DNA of 64,000 bases from Sedimentisphaerales bacterium (GTDB lineage: Bacteria > Planctomycetota > Phycisphaerae > Sedimentisphaerales > SM23-30): contig CAXXFK010000001.1 of the NCBI GenBank assembly GCA_963663965.2, positions 128,001-192,000 on the forward strand, in the 5' to 3' direction. A program made the position numbers and the translations under genes. This document shows positions 61,323-64,000 of this stretch, one piece after another. The notes beneath the pieces are model-generated. The model had not been told where the DNA came from, did no database searches, and saw only the letters and a program-made list of their open reading frames with translations. How positions within the stretch are numbered: position 1 is the stretch's first letter; every line of letters starts with the position of its first letter.

Positions 61323-62849
61323 TTATTCCAACTCAATCCTCGGCGGCCCACCCACTGGAAAATCCCCCTCATAAACCGGCTCCAATCCACCCGACTTTTT
61401 CTGAATATATTTGTTGCGATACGCCGCCCACTGCTCCGCCGTCTCCAGCAGCGCCTCTAACTGAGCTCTATAATCCTTAACATGCCCCTCAGCCAGACCA
61501 CTCCGGGCCGCCAGTTCCAATTTATCCAGCGCCCGCCGCGCCAGCGCCACCGCCTCCTTACTTTCAAGGAACACCTCACCCACCGTCCGGCCATCCGGCC
61601 TGGCCAGCCGCGCGCAAACCGCCTCATATACCGGATGCCACTTCCTGATATACTGGATATGCCCGTCGGCATAGCTCGCACTCGGCAACCGGCTGTGATT
61701 ATTATACCAGCACCCCAGCATGAAATAACACCGGTTCAGCACATCATCCGTCAGCTTCATCGCCTCGGTCAGCGGCGCCAGATACGCCCCTTCGCCAACC
61801 CGCCCGGCCAGATACTCCCGCCAGATCTGTTCCGCCCCCACCGCCGGATCCTCGGCATACCGCTTCATCGCGTACAGATTCAGCTCATTCCAGCCGCTCC
61901 CTTCGCTGATCCCGCGCACCGCCGGCGGATTCTCCCCCATCCGTTCCACCCGCGCTACATACCCATAAGCATTTCGCGCCCGCGCGTACTGCATGCGAAA
62001 ATGCAAATACTCCGGATACAGATACGGCACATGCCCCTGGCCATAAAATTCCGCCCCCGGATCGTATTCAATGATATGCTGCCGGTCGGCATACTGCCCG
62101 ATCGCCAGGTTATGCGGATAAAACACCTCCCAGTCATGCGGTACGCACTTGCTCATCAGCATAATTTTCGGATCGATCATGGCAAACGCCTCGGCAATCC
62201 CCTCCACCTGACCCGGCTCATACGCGAAAGTTCTCACCACCAGCGTCTTATCCAGCCGCTGACAGGTCCGATAGAGATGATTGATCAACTTGGCCACCCG
62301 TTCGGCCAGTGGCATATCGCTCTCCACATCAAACACCTTGATATCCGTCTCATGAAAAGTCAGCACAATCCCATCCAGCCGGGGCATCACCCTGAACAGC
62401 TGGGCATACCGATCATCCAGCAACTCCCACACCGCCTGCCCATCGAACCACTTTTTCTCCTTGGTTATCTCCCTGGGTATCCCCGCGAACTCATGCGTCC
62501 ACACCTGCACCGTCATCCCCCGTTCATGGGCCAGCTCGATATACCGGTTAAACCGCTCGATCTTACCCTCATCCTGCAATAACCGATGGGCGAACATCAC
62601 CAGGTTGTGACTCAGCTGAATATTATTCACCCCAAACCGTTCCGCCGCCGCAATTAAATCTCCCACCTGCTCATTGTCGTTCTGCAACTGCCACGACCGC
62701 CAGGGCAGCGCCCGCGCCGACTGCCGCTCCGTAGCCGGATGCATCTCCGGCTGCATCCCCCACGGCCCCGCCTGCTCACCAGCAACGGCCAACCCACCCA
62801 ACATCACTAATCCCATCACCACCATCCCGAAACAGCCACACATTCTCAT
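61323..62849 (-). CDS. Secreted hypothetical protein, possibly TIM-barrel glycoside-hydrolase-like
   Basis: Signal peptide; GVNNIQLSH, AHERGMTVQVWTHE, LDGIVLTFHET. Family not resolved. Confidence 0.6.
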   Translation of the reverse strand: MRMCGCFGMVVMGLVMLGGLAVAGEQAGPWGMQPEMHPATERQSARALPWRSWQLQNDNEQVGDLIAAAERFGVNNIQLSHNLVMFAHRLLQDEGKIERFNRYIELAHERGMTVQVWTHEFAGIPREITKEKKWFDGQAVWELLDDRYAQLFRVMPRLDGIVLTFHETDIKVFDVESDMPLAERVAKLINHLYRTCQRLDKTLVVRTFAYEPGQVEGIAEAFAMIDPKIMLMSKCVPHDWEVFYPHNLAIGQYADRQHIIEYDPGAEFYGQGHVPYLYPEYLHFRMQYARARNAYGYVARVERMGENPPAVRGISEGSGWNELNLYAMKRYAEDPAVGAEQIWREYLAGRVGEGAYLAPLTEAMKLTDDVLNRCYFMLGCWYNNHSRLPSASYADGHIQYIRKWHPVYEAVCARLARPDGRTVGEVFLESKEAVALARRALDKLELAARSGLAEGHVKDYRAQLEALLETAEQWAAYRNKYIQKKSGGLEPVYEGDFPVGGPPRIELE

Positions 62850-63012
62850 AGCACAACACCTTTCTCTAATAAAATATGAATACCAGGGCTCAAGAACCAT
62901 CAGAAACAATTAATGTCCCATTTTACCAACCCCAACCTCAAACCGCAAGCAAGCTTTTACTCCCCCAAAGTACCACAACCACCCTGCCCCTGATTCCCCC
63001 CTCCTGCCTTTT

Positions 63013-63612
63013 TTTCACGTCTTTCCGCGTTTTTCCGTGGTTTAATTGGCTGTTATATTCTTTAGCTCTTTAAAAGCTCATTTTCTGTTCATTTCATTAC
63101 GCTCTATATCCATAACAAACCACCAGGCACCCAAATCCCTCAACCAAGCCACTGGCCTTCGTGTAGCGCCGTAGGTCGAAAGATCCGCCTCAGGAGGACG
63201 CTCTTCGTGCAGCCGAAGGTCGAAGATCCGCCTCAGGCGGGCGGCTCCGTGGTTCAAACGGCTGTTATATTTTTACATCAAATCCCCTCTCTTATCTCCT
63301 GTAAAACCATTAATCCTGTCTAAAAAAGCTGTTGTTTTTCTCGTGTCTTTGTGAAATTTGACTGTGAGGTATAGTATCTTTGGTTGCGTCCAGACCGCTC
63401 TGTATGATGTATCTGGCTGTTTCATCTGCGTCCATCTGTCCCGATTTACATCGGGATCTGCGGTTCAAACGGCTGTTATATTTTTTTCAATTCTCAAATT
63501 TCCAATCTCAAATCACTCCCCCGCATCAACCATAACTCCACAACCATGAATTGTCTTTAACCTCGGTGGCCTCTGTGTCCTCGGTGGTAAATCTGGCTGT
63601 TATATTTTTTTT
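63013..63612. repeat. Array of 9-10-nt-periodic REP-like units mostly ending in ggctgttatatt
   Basis: Tail (ggttcaaac/ggtaaatct/ggtttaatt)ggctgttatatt at about 63039, 63251, 63462 and 63586. Confidence 0.8.
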
Positions 63613-64000
63613 AAATTTCAGATACCTCCCACCCAAGACATCTCCCCAAACGTACCACAACTATCCTGCCCGTAATGTCCCCCCCGTAGAATGCAATGCC
63701 TTGCGTCTCCTTCTCACAACCCAGTACCTCTTAATTCATGTCCCATTATAAAATTCAAATCAATTTCTATCCATTAAAAGCACAATACCCCACATCGTCA
63801 ATTTTCCAATATTTAAGTTGTCAACCCGAATCTGGTCATTATAATGCAAAACAAAGACAAAGACCAACACAATCTATGATTGAATCATCGGAGATTGAAA
63901 ATGTTTGGGAACAAACCGAAAAAAAACAATTTCAGAGATAAACCCAGGATCCATCATTACGATTTCGCCCACATCGCGTTAAGAAAATTCTGCGCCGGTA

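Noticed and set aside
60211..62582. Long plus-strand ORFs of 363 and 366 aa
   Set aside because: Antisense shadows of the minus-strand genes; the H/P/R-rich composition follows from the skew.
63013..63612. CRISPR array
   Set aside because: Spacing is irregular (about 120-210 bp), the shared part is short and degenerate, and no cas genes are present.
63738..64000. Gene start at the window end
   Set aside because: Short frames with no recognisable motif; cannot be judged without downstream sequence.

Overview
Bacterial chromosomal window of about 50% GC. The PEP-CTERM tails, many dockerin-like C-termini, TIGR03790 gene and truncated dcw cluster suggest a planctomycete of the Phycisphaerae/Sedimentisphaerales type (inference). 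In order, it holds: a large repeat-built GLUG/PASTA/LamG surface protein; a decaying island of small stress-type genes between two copies of an unknown gene X; perR/fur-peroxiredoxin-bacterioferritin; a partial dcw operon (mraZ-orf-rsmH-LysM-ftsL-like-ftsI-murE-murF-mraY); TIGR03790 with a PEP-CTERM/dockerin surface cluster; a fused GH13 + amylo-1,6-glucosidase; lptF/lptG; a nucleotidyltransferase pair; a Gld-like ABC system; amrB; efp; ISL3 and IS630 elements that each disrupt a dockerin-bearing gene; and carbohydrate-active genes. The genes at 51.2-55.4 kb are broken by single-base indels that look like sequencing errors. The least explained signals are non-coding: (1) two arrays of 9-10-nt-periodic units with a shared end motif and nested hairpin inserts (4.3-4.6 kb, 63.0-63.6 kb); (2) the duplicated promoter-bearing gene X with a repeated 58-bp DNA module; (3) a 41-bp element shared between the island and the mraZ upstream region. 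No rRNA, tRNA, CRISPR array or cas gene was recognised.
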